Positions 26,506 through 38,808 of a DNA stretch of 64,000 nucleotides are shown here, piece after piece. Source of the stretch: a virus. The number at the start of each line of letters is the position of its first letter. Positions within the stretch are counted from its first letter, which is position 1. Location of the stretch: positions 64,001 to 128,000 of IMG/VR virus record IMGVR_UViG_3300021425_002093; one strand, given 5' to 3'. The notes beneath the pieces were generated by a model. That model made no database searches and was not told the DNA's origin. It saw nothing but the letters and a program-made list of their open reading frames with translations. Both the position numbers and the translations under genes were made by a program.

Positions 26506-28995
26506 TTATGGAGCATAGTTTCTTTCGAGAGGCGCTACCACAGTAATATTATTAGCGTTACCTTCGTTAATTATGAAGGGCGTTGATACCCACTGTGCTG
26601 TATCAGTACCAACTGCTCTAATTACTGTATTTACCGCAGTATCAGAAAGTCGATTTTCTTCTCCGTTTGCAGAGTTGGGAGTCGTGTCACCAGTGAAAGC
26701 GTAGTCGAATGCGAATCCATTAGCATTGATGCTTCCAGAACCAGAGCCTGATATTTCACTTGTACCATTTGCTTGAAGTACAATAATCGCATCAGGCGAG
26801 TTAACAGGATTAAAACGGAAGTTTTCAGTTCCAGTAGTTTGAGCTTCGTTAGTGACCGCTCCATTTGGATTATCGTCATCTAACTTAGTTGCCGCAAAGG
26901 ATGCAGTTGTATCAGCCGCACTACCAGCTACGATGCTTCCAGTAACTTCCCAAACTCCATTGTTTCCAGCATTAGTGAATCCAGAGAAGTCAAGATAGTC
27001 TCCGACTGTCACTTCTGGCATATTATTAGTACCACCGTCTGTAATTGTAGCAGTTTGACCTGAAGCAGATGTGACGGAAAGTGCCGTAACATCAAACTCA
27101 CGAGTATACTCATAGTAGACTGTAAACGAAGGTTCGCTATCGTTAATTAAGTTGTCGTTGAATGAGATCGTACCAGAAGCAATCTTCGGGAAGAGTTCTA
27201 GCGATCCACCACCACCAGTGTATCGGAATGCTAAGTTACCAATATCTCCACTAGAGAAGTTAATGATAGCAACACCAGCATCGTTTGTAGCGCCGTCAGC
27301 GTGTTCTACAAGCAATGTCTGTAGAGTTGGTCCAACGAATGTCAACAATTCGTCAGAAGTCTTACCAACCTGAACGATTGAATCCGCACCTTCGTCATCG
27401 ACGTTAGTTGTTCTACGTAGACGATACTTAACCCAAGAATATAGCTCTTGAAGTGTAAGATTGCCAGTTCCAGTGCCATTCTCCGCACTGATCGTTACAC
27501 CAAAGTTTCTGGATGTGTTAAGATCAACTCCACCAGAGTAGAGTGTAGCGGAAGAAACGTCAGCGGCGAGATAGTTGATCTCTGGACCATTACCAGCCGC
27601 AACATCATACTTTTCGTTAGCACCATCAGCGGCTTCGATAACCTTGTCAGAAATTGTATAATCAAGATCTCTCAACTCCGCAAGTGGGAATCGGAATACC
27701 TGATAGTTTACAGCCGCACCAGATGCGATACCAATCGACACTGAGTCTGACTTACCAAACGTCTTACCTTCTTCACGAACGAAGAGAGAAAGTTCGTTAG
27801 TTCTGTTATCCGTAGTTCCATCAAACGTTTGAATTGCTTCGTTTACGGCACCAGCATATGTAAAGTCAGCAGTCGTTCCGTAATTAATATTTCGAATATT
27901 AACAACATCAGCTTCAGTTGTGTTAGTCAACGGTGTTCCCGTCAATACAATGTTGTTACTAGCGGCTGTAGCAATTGTAAATTGGCCGTCATTCGTTCCA
28001 CCCGATGTTCCAGAAATGACGATGATATCTCCATTAGAGAACGAATCAAAATCTCCAGCCGCACCTGTAATTGTATTAGTAGCCGTGATAACAAGTCCAG
28101 CTTTTCTGAGAGCGGGACGGAATGCGTAGTAAACAGTGTCACCGCCGCCAATTGTAACGGAAGCACCAACAGTTTCTGCGGTGAATGATGTTGCTGTGTC
28201 TGAAATGTAATCTTTAACTGTAAGTACGTCAGCAGTACCACCAGCACCGTCTGAAGTGACGTTAGTTACAACATATGTACCATCATTTCCGTTTGCGCTA
28301 CCGCTAACAGTGATCGTGTCTCCTGCCACAAAAATACCAAAGTTTTCTCCCGTTGATGTGATATCAGCACCAGAGAAGGAAATATCGGTTGCAGTGATAT
28401 TTGTGATCGCTTTACCATCAACAGTACCCAGTGAGATAACTCCCACATACTCAGCAAGTACAGTACCAGTAGTTGTGATCTCTCTCCATCCAGCAGTACG
28501 AATCAACTTTCGTGTTGCATCTGAGTTTGGAGTCCAATCAAACGAAAATTCAAACTGCTCTGGAGTAATTGCCACGAGCGGGAAAGGATATTCGATCAGA
28601 TGGTTGATAAACGTTACTGTATCTGTGCCAGTAAAGGTTGTATCAATATTTTTGTTTAGTGTTACTGTTGTTCCGCTAACACTAGCAACTTCAGTGGCGT
28701 CTAAAAGAACACCAGAACCAGAAGCGACTATGACAGTCATTCCTGGCAGAATTTCTTCCGAAGAAGGGCCAGCGGCTTGATCGAGTACAAGATCAGCTTG
28801 ACCGGACGCTCCAGAAGTTACGCCAATTGTAAAGTTTCGTACTCGCCACACCTTCTTGAGATATGAGTACATTGCCTGAAGAGTAACACCGTCTGGAGAA
28901 AGACCTCCGGCTAGTGCTAGTGAAATGTCTCTTGTTGCGGCATCTATCTGTAATTCTGTTCTTGATAGATCACCACCAGAAGTAATGATAGCCAT
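26506..28995 (-). CDS. Large virion-type protein with repeated beta modules (829 aa)
   Basis: Late promoter upstream; three GD-x-I-x-x-SG...N(D/N)G-x-(Y/F/W)-x-V modules. Confidence 0.75.
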   Translation of the reverse strand: MAIITSGGDLSRTELQIDAATRDISLALAGGLSPDGVTLQAMYSYLKKVWRVRNFTIGVTSGASGQADLVLDQAAGPSSEEILPGMTVIVASGSGVLLDATEVASVSGTTVTLNKNIDTTFTGTDTVTFINHLIEYPFPLVAITPEQFEFSFDWTPNSDATRKLIRTAGWREITTTGTVLAEYVGVISLGTVDGKAITNITATDISFSGADITSTGENFGIFVAGDTITVSGSANGNDGTYVVTNVTSDGAGGTADVLTVKDYISDTATSFTAETVGASVTIGGGDTVYYAFRPALRKAGLVITATNTITGAAGDFDSFSNGDIIVISGTSGGTNDGQFTIATAASNNIVLTGTPLTNTTEADVVNIRNINYGTTADFTYAGAVNEAIQTFDGTTDNRTNELSLFVREEGKTFGKSDSVSIGIASGAAVNYQVFRFPLAELRDLDYTISDKVIEAADGANEKYDVAAGNGPEINYLAADVSSATLYSGGVDLNTSRNFGVTISAENGTGTGNLTLQELYSWVKYRLRRTTNVDDEGADSIVQVGKTSDELLTFVGPTLQTLLVEHADGATNDAGVAIINFSSGDIGNLAFRYTGGGGSLELFPKIASGTISFNDNLINDSEPSFTVYYEYTREFDVTALSVTSASGQTATITDGGTNNMPEVTVGDYLDFSGFTNAGNNGVWEVTGSIVAGSAADTTASFAATKLDDDNPNGAVTNEAQTTGTENFRFNPVNSPDAIIVLQANGTSEISGSGSGSINANGFAFDYAFTGDTTPNSANGEENRLSDTAVNTVIRAVGTDTAQWVSTPFIINEGNANNITVVAPLERNYAP

Positions 28996-29032
28996 TTAAT
29001 CCTCCGATTATAAACGGGTTGTTGTTCTATAC

Positions 29033-29040
29033 TATTTATA
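29033..29040 (-). promoter_or_regulatory. T4-type late promoter
   Basis: TATAAATA. Confidence 0.8.
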
Positions 29041-29043
29041 AAA

Positions 29044-30262
<1,219 letters not shown>

Positions 30263-30276
<14 letters not shown>

Positions 30277-31948
30277 TTTCTTCTGTTATAAGTTGATCGA
30301 TCATTGATGAAAAATTTTCAATCAATTTTCTATCTTCTTCTTTCAGTTCATTATCCTCTTCTATATCCACCGTCAAAGTTCCATGATCAGGAATGACAGG
30401 AGCTTCTGGCGTGTAATCCATGTTCAGATCTTCTTCTTCCTCAGGCTCTTCCGCCTTTTCTTGTTCGATCTGATCCTTAATCTCTTCCACTTCATCTTCA
30501 GACATATAAAGTACTTGCTTCTGTACCCAATCTTTAGAGAAGTAAGTTCCACGATACTCATCGATGTCTCTCAGAAGCTGTAAGCGATTCTGTAAAATTT
30601 CAGACTGTTTCAATTCTGAGAAATGATTATCAGTTACAAAATCGTATCGAAGGGCTGCTTGAATTGCTGGCCAATCTTCAACAGAAACAATTCCCTTCAA
30701 AATCAATTGCTTTTCAAGTAATTTATCAAAAAGAATTGCAAATCTTGAACGTAGTCGTGCGATAAACTTAGAAAATTTCACCTCATCTCTAGAGATTTCT
30801 GATGCACGTCCAAGCGAGAATCCAGCCTCAGACTCCATTCTAGTGATGGGGACATTCAATGCTTTAAGTAGTCTCTTTTGGAAATACAGAATATCTTCGA
30901 TTTCGCCCAAATTCTGACCACCGGGCAATGTTGTGATTTCAGTTCCCCTTCCACCTTCTCTTCTTGGAAGCCAGAAATCATCTGTCATGGCCATATGTCT
31001 ACGATCATCTTTGATGTCGCCAGTTCCAGCATCGTAGACTAAACGATTCTTATGCTTGACCATCATATCACGTAGATGTTGCTCAGCCTTCAATTTGGGG
31101 AGATTGCCCACATCAATATAAAAGATTCGACGCTCTGGTGCTCGTGAGATACGATAGATAACAACAGCATCCTCCATCATTCTCAACTGATTCAAAGGCT
31201 TGTATGCTTTGTGAAGATAAGATAGTACTAGATTTCCGTTTTCGTTTAGCAAGCCAGACGTGACGTTTACGATAGAGTCTTTTGCAATTTTTAGACCCTT
31301 GATATCCCCGCCGCTAAACTGTTGAACGTGAGACGTGTTTAAATTATTGAATCCACGCTCGTTATAGATGAAATACTCGTTCTTGATTTTCTTAACAATA
31401 AACTTATTTTGATCACTACCAGCAGGCGCTTTATCATACTCACGAACTTTACGAATTTTTCTTGGATCAATATAGCGAAGTTCTTGAATTCCTTTTCTGG
31501 GTGATTTTTCGTCGATCATTACATGATAGTTGATTCTACCATCGACGTACCACTTCTGAAAAGTATCGTATCCAGTATTACCAAAGTCTAGCAGTTTTAT
31601 AACATTGTCAAATTCTTCTCGAATCTTCTTTTTAATATTATCGGGAAGGTCCACATCATCAGTGATACAATCAACTACTTTCTTGTCATCAGTGATTGAA
31701 ATCGCTTCGTTTACAATATCATCTACAGCTTGAGATACTTCGGGTTGCTGAAGCATAGTGCGATATCTTTGTACAAGTTCAGCTTCACTCTTTGCGGCTC
31801 CGTCCAAGTCAAGGAAAGAGCTAGATACTGATCCAGTTACGGCGATATTGACAGCGCCGTCATCATTGGTAGGCTCAACAAAAGACGTGATGTTTTTGTT
31901 TTCATCTTCCTTTCTTTTGATTTCAAAGCCAAACAGTTCAATTGCCAT
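30263..31948 (-). CDS. gp20: Portal vertex protein
   Basis: LFGF.I, WYVDGR, ELRYIDPRKI, NQLRMMEDAVVIYRISRAPERRIFYIDVGNLP, DFWLPRREGGRGTEITTLPGGQNLG. Confidence 0.99.
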
Positions 31949-31987
31949 TACAAGTTCCTTTAAGTGAAAAGTATAAAAGTCTCATAC

Positions 31988-31995
31988 TATTTATA
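31988..31995 (-). promoter_or_regulatory. T4-type late promoter
   Basis: TATAAATA upstream of gp20. Confidence 0.8.
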
Positions 31996-32008
31996 AGACC
32001 TAAAAACC

Positions 32009-32034
32009 AAAAAGGGAGGCCGAAACCTCCCTTT
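32009..32034 (-). terminator. Rho-independent terminator after gp19
   Basis: AAAGGGAGG-uuucgg-CCUCCCUUUUU. Confidence 0.85.
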
Positions 32035-32057
32035 GCTTAGGAATCAAGCTATAAAGA

Positions 32058-32603
32058 TTAGGCGTTTGTGCCAGCGTCTCCAGTGACACCGCCAGAAACG
32101 TTCCACCAATCGTACTCGAATGTAACTTCAAACGTTTGAATTTCTTCAGATTCCCAATCGTTGTTGATTGCACTAAGCGCAACGGGGAACATACCATTGA
32201 AGTTGTACTCACGAATTAAAGATCCGCTCTTAGAGTACTGAAGGACTTGTGCCTGAGACTTATAGTTAACACCAGGTGCCTCTAGATTCAAGTTACCTAC
32301 GTGAGAGTTGATGCTAGACATCCAATCTTCCATAGCATTTCTTACGAGGAAGTCTTCATCATTCATGACTGTTACTGACCACTGCTCAAAAGTTCTGTTT
32401 CCTGCGAACTTAACCTGGCGACCGAAATAAGGAACAATTACAGTTCCGAGATTCGATGCAGGGAGAGTTGTAGCTCTAGCCATGAAAGACAGCTTAATGT
32501 CCCCAGTTGTATTAATTGGGTTAGCCATTCGGACTTCAAACAGGGATGCTCTCGCACCCCCGAATGTCATCTGTTGTCTAATTTCATTGATATTAAAAGC
32601 CAT
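32058..32603 (-). CDS. gp19: Tail tube protein
   Basis: GGAR.SLFEV, A.TLPAS.LG...VPYFGR.VKFAGNRTFE.W..TVMNDEDF..R...E.W. Confidence 0.97.
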   Translation of the reverse strand: MAFNINEIRQQMTFGGARASLFEVRMANPINTTGDIKLSFMARATTLPASNLGTVIVPYFGRQVKFAGNRTFEQWSVTVMNDEDFLVRNAMEDWMSSINSHVGNLNLEAPGVNYKSQAQVLQYSKSGSLIREYNFNGMFPVALSAINNDWESEEIQTFEVTFEYDWWNVSGGVTGDAGTNA

Positions 32604-32622
32604 TTTCGTTTCTCCTTATCTG

Positions 32623-35286
32623 TTATACTGAACCAACGATTTCTTCGAATTCTACACCAGTTCTAACAGCAACGAAGTTTAGCTGAATGAAATTGATCGC
32701 ACGAGCAGGCTTGATGAAGATGTCTCCAACAAACTGATTACCGTCAATTACTTCTGCGGTATTGTTAGTTTCGTCACACACGACCTTGAAGTCGTAAATT
32801 CCACGACGACCCTGTACTTCACGTAAGAAGGGCTCCACGAGATTCTTAAACTGCGCTCTCGTGAACTCATCGTTGAATTCGAACAACAATGACTTAGAAG
32901 CAATCGAGATAGCCTTCTCAAGAACAATGAACAATCTTCGGACATTGATTCTATCGAATGCGCTTGCAGTCGTAGCGAACGTCTTGTCACCAAACAGAAT
33001 TGTTCCAGCGCCAGGCTCTGAGACAACAGGGTTGACATTATTTACGTACAATAAGTCTCTTTCTGCTTTAGTAGGATTGATTCTCAGCTTCACAACATTC
33101 TTGATAACACCTCTATTCAATCCAGCAGGAGAGAACCAAGGATCACGAACTTCGTCTGTTCTCGCACAAAGACCAGCGATATCGCCGTTGAGAGGCACCC
33201 AACGATATACATCGTTGAACTTATCGTATTGATACTTGTATCCAGTATCGACGATCATGTATGTGCTTCCTGTCAATGTGCCTGCAAAGTCAATTACAGC
33301 ACTGACTGTTGTGTCAGACTCTTCGGGTGATACAAACGCAACACAGTCTTTTCTAGACTCTGCAATATTGTTTGTGATGTAATTACCCAGAGTTGTACCT
33401 CTTGCTTTACCTTGCATAACAAGTGCAATGTCAACTGTAGAAGCATCTTTGTACAGATCATAACCTTCAGCAACTTTACCGATGCTGATATTAGCTTCAT
33501 CATCACCGTCGTAACCGAGAGTTAGTGATTGTTGCTCAGAAGTAGCAGTTGCAACAAGCGCTGAAGGGCTAGAGCAAGCAATGTAGTTTGACTTATCAGT
33601 AAGTACGTCAGCAAGATAGTTAACTGAACCATCTGACTTTGTAGCGCCTGGAACAGTGCTTACGTCTTCGTAAACTTCCAAGATCTGATTAACTACACCA
33701 GTAATTGATCCGTCAAGATCTCTTACAACAACGTGTACGTGGCTTGCAGTTGGCTTAGTGAGGAAAAGACCTGCGTCCGCCCACTGTACGCTGAATCCAG
33801 AATCGTAAGTAGTTGCTCCAGTATACACATTTTCGAACGTGACGTTCGCTGACCAGCTATCAGAGATACCAAACGTTTGAGTAACGCCGCCATCGACTCC
33901 ACCGAATGAAGTGATATTGATTGCAGTTCCTGCTTCAGCATTTTCGTATGTTGTAGCCAGCTTGAAGTTATTTGTATCAACTACAATTGCGTAGTACACA
34001 GTTCCGTCTTCAAGACCGTCGATAGCATCGTTATTACCGCCACCTACGTTATACTGAACAGCATCACCTGTTGTCAGACCGTGATTCTTGATGAAGAAAG
34101 TATCAGTAGCCGTGTATACAGATCCGTTAGGCTCACCAGTAATTGTGATTGCGTTTGCGTCACCAGCATCAGCAGTTAGCGTTCCACCAGAAACAGTCAA
34201 GATGTAATTACCTGATCCGCCAGTATCATCTACAGCACTTACGACTGTAAATGTACCGTTGTTACCAGCTTCTGTTGCACCACTAATAACAATTGTTTCG
34301 CCGGGCTGGAAAACTGTAAAGTCTTGAGTTGGAGACGCAATTGTTTCTGGACCTGTAGTAAAAATAAAACCAGTGCCAGTGACAGAATCTACCACGTTCG
34401 CATCGCTATTCACGATGTTCAGAGCAGTAGCACCAATGTTATCTTCTACTTGAACAGCGGCAATACTTTCGATCTTAAGATTTGTTCCGTCTTCCAGAAT
34501 TACATTATCGCCTACATCAGCAAAGTTTTGGGCTTCCGTCTCAGTTGTAAAACCAGAAACGACTGAAGGATTTACAGAATCAAACGGAGTGATAGCAATT
34601 GTGTAGCCTGCATCAACAGCTTCAAATGCACTTGTGCCATTTGCTTGAGTTGAGCAGTAAGAAACAGCAAGACTATTACCAAGACGACCTTGATACTTTG
34701 CTTGGAAATTAGTTGAAAATGCGGCACGAGCGGCACTGTCAACTACAGGACCTTCAGCAAATGTACCTGCGTCTGCGAGATCTTGAGCAATTGCGTAATT
34801 AGAAGTTACGCCTTCTACGATGATTTTAGTTGAGCTAGGAATTGAAGTTACTCTGTAGTAACCATCGTTGCTAGTAGAGCCAGATACTTCAATCTCATCT
34901 CCTACTTGTAGCTTAGTATCGAAATCGGCACCTGTTGCAGAAATAGATGAATCTGCAACAGCAAAATCCATCGTAGCAACCTGAACACGATCACCGCCAG
35001 TTGTACGAACTACGTACAAAGCATTTGAGTAGTTGAGGAAGTTTGATGCAGTGAAAAACGTTTCGTAGTTACGCCACTGACTCGTATATTGTGAATCTTT
35101 GAAATAAGAAGTGGGTTCACCAAAAGTGCTAACCAGTTGCTTCTCATTTGAAATCAGAACCCTTTCGTTCACAGGGCCCCATCGAAAAACGCCAGCGATA
35201 GCACCGACAGAGACCGCTACCGCTGGGACAACGGACGTTAAGTCGATTTCGCTAACATTGACACCGGGACTTACTTGAAATGCCAT
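32623..35286 (-). CDS. gp18: Contractile tail sheath protein, enlarged (887 aa)
   Basis: SPGVNVSEIDL, WGP, PWFSPAG.NRG, FDRINVRRLF, FEFNDEFTR, IKPARAINFI.LNFVA. Confidence 0.98.
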   Translation of the reverse strand: MAFQVSPGVNVSEIDLTSVVPAVAVSVGAIAGVFRWGPVNERVLISNEKQLVSTFGEPTSYFKDSQYTSQWRNYETFFTASNFLNYSNALYVVRTTGGDRVQVATMDFAVADSSISATGADFDTKLQVGDEIEVSGSTSNDGYYRVTSIPSSTKIIVEGVTSNYAIAQDLADAGTFAEGPVVDSAARAAFSTNFQAKYQGRLGNSLAVSYCSTQANGTSAFEAVDAGYTIAITPFDSVNPSVVSGFTTETEAQNFADVGDNVILEDGTNLKIESIAAVQVEDNIGATALNIVNSDANVVDSVTGTGFIFTTGPETIASPTQDFTVFQPGETIVISGATEAGNNGTFTVVSAVDDTGGSGNYILTVSGGTLTADAGDANAITITGEPNGSVYTATDTFFIKNHGLTTGDAVQYNVGGGNNDAIDGLEDGTVYYAIVVDTNNFKLATTYENAEAGTAINITSFGGVDGGVTQTFGISDSWSANVTFENVYTGATTYDSGFSVQWADAGLFLTKPTASHVHVVVRDLDGSITGVVNQILEVYEDVSTVPGATKSDGSVNYLADVLTDKSNYIACSSPSALVATATSEQQSLTLGYDGDDEANISIGKVAEGYDLYKDASTVDIALVMQGKARGTTLGNYITNNIAESRKDCVAFVSPEESDTTVSAVIDFAGTLTGSTYMIVDTGYKYQYDKFNDVYRWVPLNGDIAGLCARTDEVRDPWFSPAGLNRGVIKNVVKLRINPTKAERDLLYVNNVNPVVSEPGAGTILFGDKTFATTASAFDRINVRRLFIVLEKAISIASKSLLFEFNDEFTRAQFKNLVEPFLREVQGRRGIYDFKVVCDETNNTAEVIDGNQFVGDIFIKPARAINFIQLNFVAVRTGVEFEEIVGSV

Positions 35287-35328
35287 GTCTCATTTCTCCT
35301 TGTTGAAATTGCGAATTACCTTATCATA

Positions 35329-35336
35329 TATTTATA
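35329..35336 (-). promoter_or_regulatory. T4-type late promoter
   Basis: TATAAATA upstream of gp18. Confidence 0.8.
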
Positions 35337-35347
35337 ATTTTCGCTAC

Positions 35348-36955
35348 TTAGTACTTAAACCATGTCTTAAATGATTGATCGTCGTCATGGTCGTCATCGT
35401 AGGAATTGAAGCCGATGGGCAATAACGATTCCATCAACTCTTCTTCGTTTCTTTCTTTGAGCATGTTCATTGTATTTATATTTGTGATCTCTTTAAAGAA
35501 CATTTGATCAGTCAACCAACCGAACAAAACCAAACACATTACAAGGTCGTCATGACATCCCGCTTCAGCCTCATAAGAAGAGCGGCGTCTAGAAAAAGTT
35601 GAAAGCTCCCTAATAGATTCAAAATCATTTATTACTAACTGATCCTGCTCAATGAGAAGTTTCAGCATATTACATCCAATTGTTTTCACCGATTTTGTAG
35701 TACGAATACCCCGCTCAACGGCCCCGCCAAATCCACTGCTTATCCGCTTTCCTGCCCTTCCAGCAGTTTCCGTATACATTAAGGATTCTACTTCAAACTC
35801 ATAGTGTAATAGATCTGCTACTTGTCCACCAATATCATTTACTTCCACTAAAACATATGCATCTCGATATCGCCTTGATGCTCGATATAATATTTCAGCG
35901 TAGTTAATGGGAGTGACTGTGTTATCTCTAAACGTACAAACTTGCTCATAAGGCATAGAAGTCACATCAATTACTTGGAAAGCGGAATAGTCGAGTCCTT
36001 TTCCTCTGGAAACATCTGCGATGCAAACATAAACATGATCTTCTATAGCTTCTTTGTATATTGAAAGTCCATTTCCCTCCATAATTGGACTCTTATATAC
36101 AAGCTGTTTGAGCTTTGATCCTTCAATCAGAGTACCAGAACTCCCTAAGAATTGACACTCATATTCTTGCGCAAACTTTTCTTTGTCAAAATCCATTCCT
36201 TGAAGAGTTTCTGTCTTCCACTCTTCATCTCGACCGGGTACATTATACCAAGGGACTTCTACGTATATATATCCGTTAATGTTTTCAATTGCACCATTGC
36301 AAGTTTTATAGAAATGATTCAGGCCATTGGGAGTAGAAGTAAGAAGTATTTTTGTCGTGTTACCAGACGAAATAGTAGGATAAACTGAACTAAAGAATTC
36401 ATCCCATCCTTCGACAAACGCTGTCTCATCAATGTACAAAAAAGAAACTGACTTACCTCGAATTGCGCTCGATGATGTTGATCCAGCAAGAATCTTGCAT
36501 CCATTCTCAAACTCTACAGATCCTTTGTTCCACTCGATAACACCTTGTTGAAGCCACTTTGGAAGTGCTTCATATGCAATCTTAATTCGAGCCAAGATCT
36601 CTCTAGCCGCATCTCCTTTGTTTGCAAGAAGTGCGACAGTTTTATAGTCATTGAAAAGAATGTACCAAAGAATAATAGCGACTGCAGTAGTCGTTTTACC
36701 CGCCTGACGGCTCGTGTTAACCGCCACACGGCGATTTTCAGTGATAGACGTTATAATCTCTTTCTGATAGTCATATAATACAATTGGAATCAATCCATGA
36801 TCTACATGAACAATCTGGATATATTTTTCGACGAAATAGATAGGATCTCTGGAGCATTTAACATACTCTGAAATCATATCTTGGGAGAATTCTATACTAG
36901 CATTCTTTCCCTTTAGATTTGTATTACCTAAGTAACCCTTATCAGTCTTCAGCAT
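35348..36955 (-). CDS. gp17: Terminase large subunit
   Basis: YLGN.NLK, SRQAGKTT, LYIDETAF, STPNGLNHFY, DVSRGKGLDYS, HDDLVM. Confidence 0.99.
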   Translation of the reverse strand: MLKTDKGYLGNTNLKGKNASIEFSQDMISEYVKCSRDPIYFVEKYIQIVHVDHGLIPIVLYDYQKEIITSITENRRVAVNTSRQAGKTTTAVAIILWYILFNDYKTVALLANKGDAAREILARIKIAYEALPKWLQQGVIEWNKGSVEFENGCKILAGSTSSSAIRGKSVSFLYIDETAFVEGWDEFFSSVYPTISSGNTTKILLTSTPNGLNHFYKTCNGAIENINGYIYVEVPWYNVPGRDEEWKTETLQGMDFDKEKFAQEYECQFLGSSGTLIEGSKLKQLVYKSPIMEGNGLSIYKEAIEDHVYVCIADVSRGKGLDYSAFQVIDVTSMPYEQVCTFRDNTVTPINYAEILYRASRRYRDAYVLVEVNDIGGQVADLLHYEFEVESLMYTETAGRAGKRISSGFGGAVERGIRTTKSVKTIGCNMLKLLIEQDQLVINDFESIRELSTFSRRRSSYEAEAGCHDDLVMCLVLFGWLTDQMFFKEITNINTMNMLKERNEEELMESLLPIGFNSYDDDHDDDQSFKTWFKY

Positions 36956-37346
36956 CTTCGTCTTTCATGTTCTTTATCAGTTTTTGAAGATCAGCAGTGC
37001 TTCCGACAAACAGATTGTTGTTTGTCACAGCCTTCTCTTGTTTTGCTTCTTCTTTACGAGTCTTATCTCCCATCGACACAAGATCTTTGTTTGCATCAAC
37101 AAGGGTTTTCATTAGCGTAGAGACAACTTCATATGCTCTAGGATGCTCAGACGCTTTTGCTACGTCTAGCATTTGCTGAAGCGCTTCTGTCCCAGTTTCT
37201 ATGATATTGTAAAAGTTATCTCTCGCATACTCGAAGTCTTTCTCCGCTTCAGAAGGAGCCTTAACGATATCCTTCGTTGGAGATTCGATGAGTTCACCTT
37301 CGATTGGATCAAGTCCTAGAGATTCACTTATTTTGTCTGTAGTCAT
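36942..37346 (-). CDS. gp16: Terminase small subunit
   Basis: DFEYARDN, EHPRAYEV, NNNLFVGSTADLQK. Confidence 0.95.
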   Translation of the reverse strand: MTTDKISESLGLDPIEGELIESPTKDIVKAPSEAEKDFEYARDNFYNIIETGTEALQQMLDVAKASEHPRAYEVVSTLMKTLVDANKDLVSMGDKTRKEEAKQEKAVTNNNLFVGSTADLQKLIKNMKDEDAED

Positions 37347-37352
37347 AAATCA

Positions 37353-38144
37353 TCATTCCACACTCTGCACAATAAACTTCCAATCGTCATCGACACTAAT
37401 GTCTGAGAAAGGAATAGTTTCAGCGATGTCCGTAGTTCCAACGCCGCCTGCTGTCAAACCGGGCTGTGTTGTAAGCGCTGAATCTCGTACTGTATCTTGA
37501 AGATCATCGTAGAGATTTGACTCAACAAATTTGATAATCTTCTTATTCTGTACGGGGCCAAAATAGTAGCCTTTGAGTGTGAAATTAAGAGTCCATATTA
37601 AAGTTCTTCGTGTTAAGAAGTCCGCTTCATATGCATCTTCAAAACTCACACTGTTTAAAATAACAGGTATATCAAGATAAAAGTCAAAGTTATCAATTAG
37701 CCTCACGGACACTGTAACATCGGGTTTAAAGAAAGGAAGAATCTGCTCCAGAATCTTCGTTCCGTCTTCATTATACTTAGCCATGATATTTAGCTGAAAC
37801 TCAATATCGTATGGTGCTGGAGCATAAAGTTTGTTTAAAAAATTAGGATCGACATCTACTTTTGTTTGTCGAGTAAGACTTGTCAACTTTCTTTCTGGAT
37901 TATATGTCATTCCAGTAATTTCAAAAGACATACGAGGAAGCGTCATAGCAGGCGCATCAAACGTAGGATCTTGATCAAGTCTCGACAAAATCTTTTGAAT
38001 AGGTGCATAATTGATAGGAATCAGCATCGACTGTACAGTATCATTGGACGTATTTTTACGTGTGATTTGCATATCATTGAAAAGAGTACCAAATACAGCA
38101 ACGTATCTTCGAGTTGTTTCGTTGTAAAATCTATTACCAAACAT
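37353..38144 (-). CDS. gp15: Tail sheath stabilizer / tail terminator
   Basis: FYNETTRRYV..FGTLFN, LPRMSFE, QILPFF.P. Confidence 0.95.
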   Translation of the reverse strand: MFGNRFYNETTRRYVAVFGTLFNDMQITRKNTSNDTVQSMLIPINYAPIQKILSRLDQDPTFDAPAMTLPRMSFEITGMTYNPERKLTSLTRQTKVDVDPNFLNKLYAPAPYDIEFQLNIMAKYNEDGTKILEQILPFFKPDVTVSVRLIDNFDFYLDIPVILNSVSFEDAYEADFLTRRTLIWTLNFTLKGYYFGPVQNKKIIKFVESNLYDDLQDTVRDSALTTQPGLTAGGVGTTDIAETIPFSDISVDDDWKFIVQSVE

Positions 38145-38803
38145 TAGAAGTCATCCTCACCAAATGGATTTGTTGCTGTAAAGTCAACAATATTGTCGCC
38201 AATTGTTTCGATAGACTGATTGTCTGCAATAGGATCGATTTCTTCCAACTCTTGCAATGTTGTTGCGGATGTGGTATCGTATGCATCGAACTTAGTATCA
38301 ACCTCTTCAATTCCAGTGTCAAATCTTTCATTCGAGTATTCAAATAGCTCACAACGTAGATCATATGTCTGAAGATCGCCAAGCTGATAAAAGATTGATT
38401 CGTGTTCAACATGCATAATCTTGAAGATCTTGTTATTCAGAGGAAAGTAAAGCAAATCTCCTTCTCTTGGTCGAGCCGTATTATTGTATCGAGCGACTTC
38501 TTGCTCGTACTGTCGAATCGATACAGTCATTGTCATCGAATCTCGAATTTGAAGTCCAAACTTAGACAGGAAGTCTCCTTCTCCTTCGAATCCGTCAATG
38601 TTCTTGACATACATTTCCACTGAATACGCTTCATCGTAGATTGGCAAGTCATCTTCGTTAAGTATTGGGTCACGGTTCGTGCTGGAGCGACTAATGTACC
38701 ATGTGTCGATTCCATATATACGAATAGACTCGATTACCAAGTCCTCAATTAAGGCTTGCTCTCCAGAATTCGAATAGTTTTCAAAGTAAAAGTTCTTTGC
38801 CAC
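38144..38803 (-). CDS. gp14: Neck protein
   Basis: EQ.LIEDL..ESI..YG, GFEGEGDFLSKFGL, RPREGDLLYFP, NPFGE. GTG start. Confidence 0.96.
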   Translation of the reverse strand: MAKNFYFENYSNSGEQALIEDLVIESIRIYGIDTWYISRSSTNRDPILNEDDLPIYDEAYSVEMYVKNIDGFEGEGDFLSKFGLQIRDSMTMTVSIRQYEQEVARYNNTARPREGDLLYFPLNNKIFKIMHVEHESIFYQLGDLQTYDLRCELFEYSNERFDTGIEEVDTKFDAYDTTSATTLQELEEIDPIADNQSIETIGDNIVDFTATNPFGEDDF

Positions 38804-38808
38804 GACTC

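Noticed and set aside
32000-32212. Alternative-frame ORF at the gp19 3' end
   Set aside because: It crosses the terminator and there is no evidence for a programmed frameshift.
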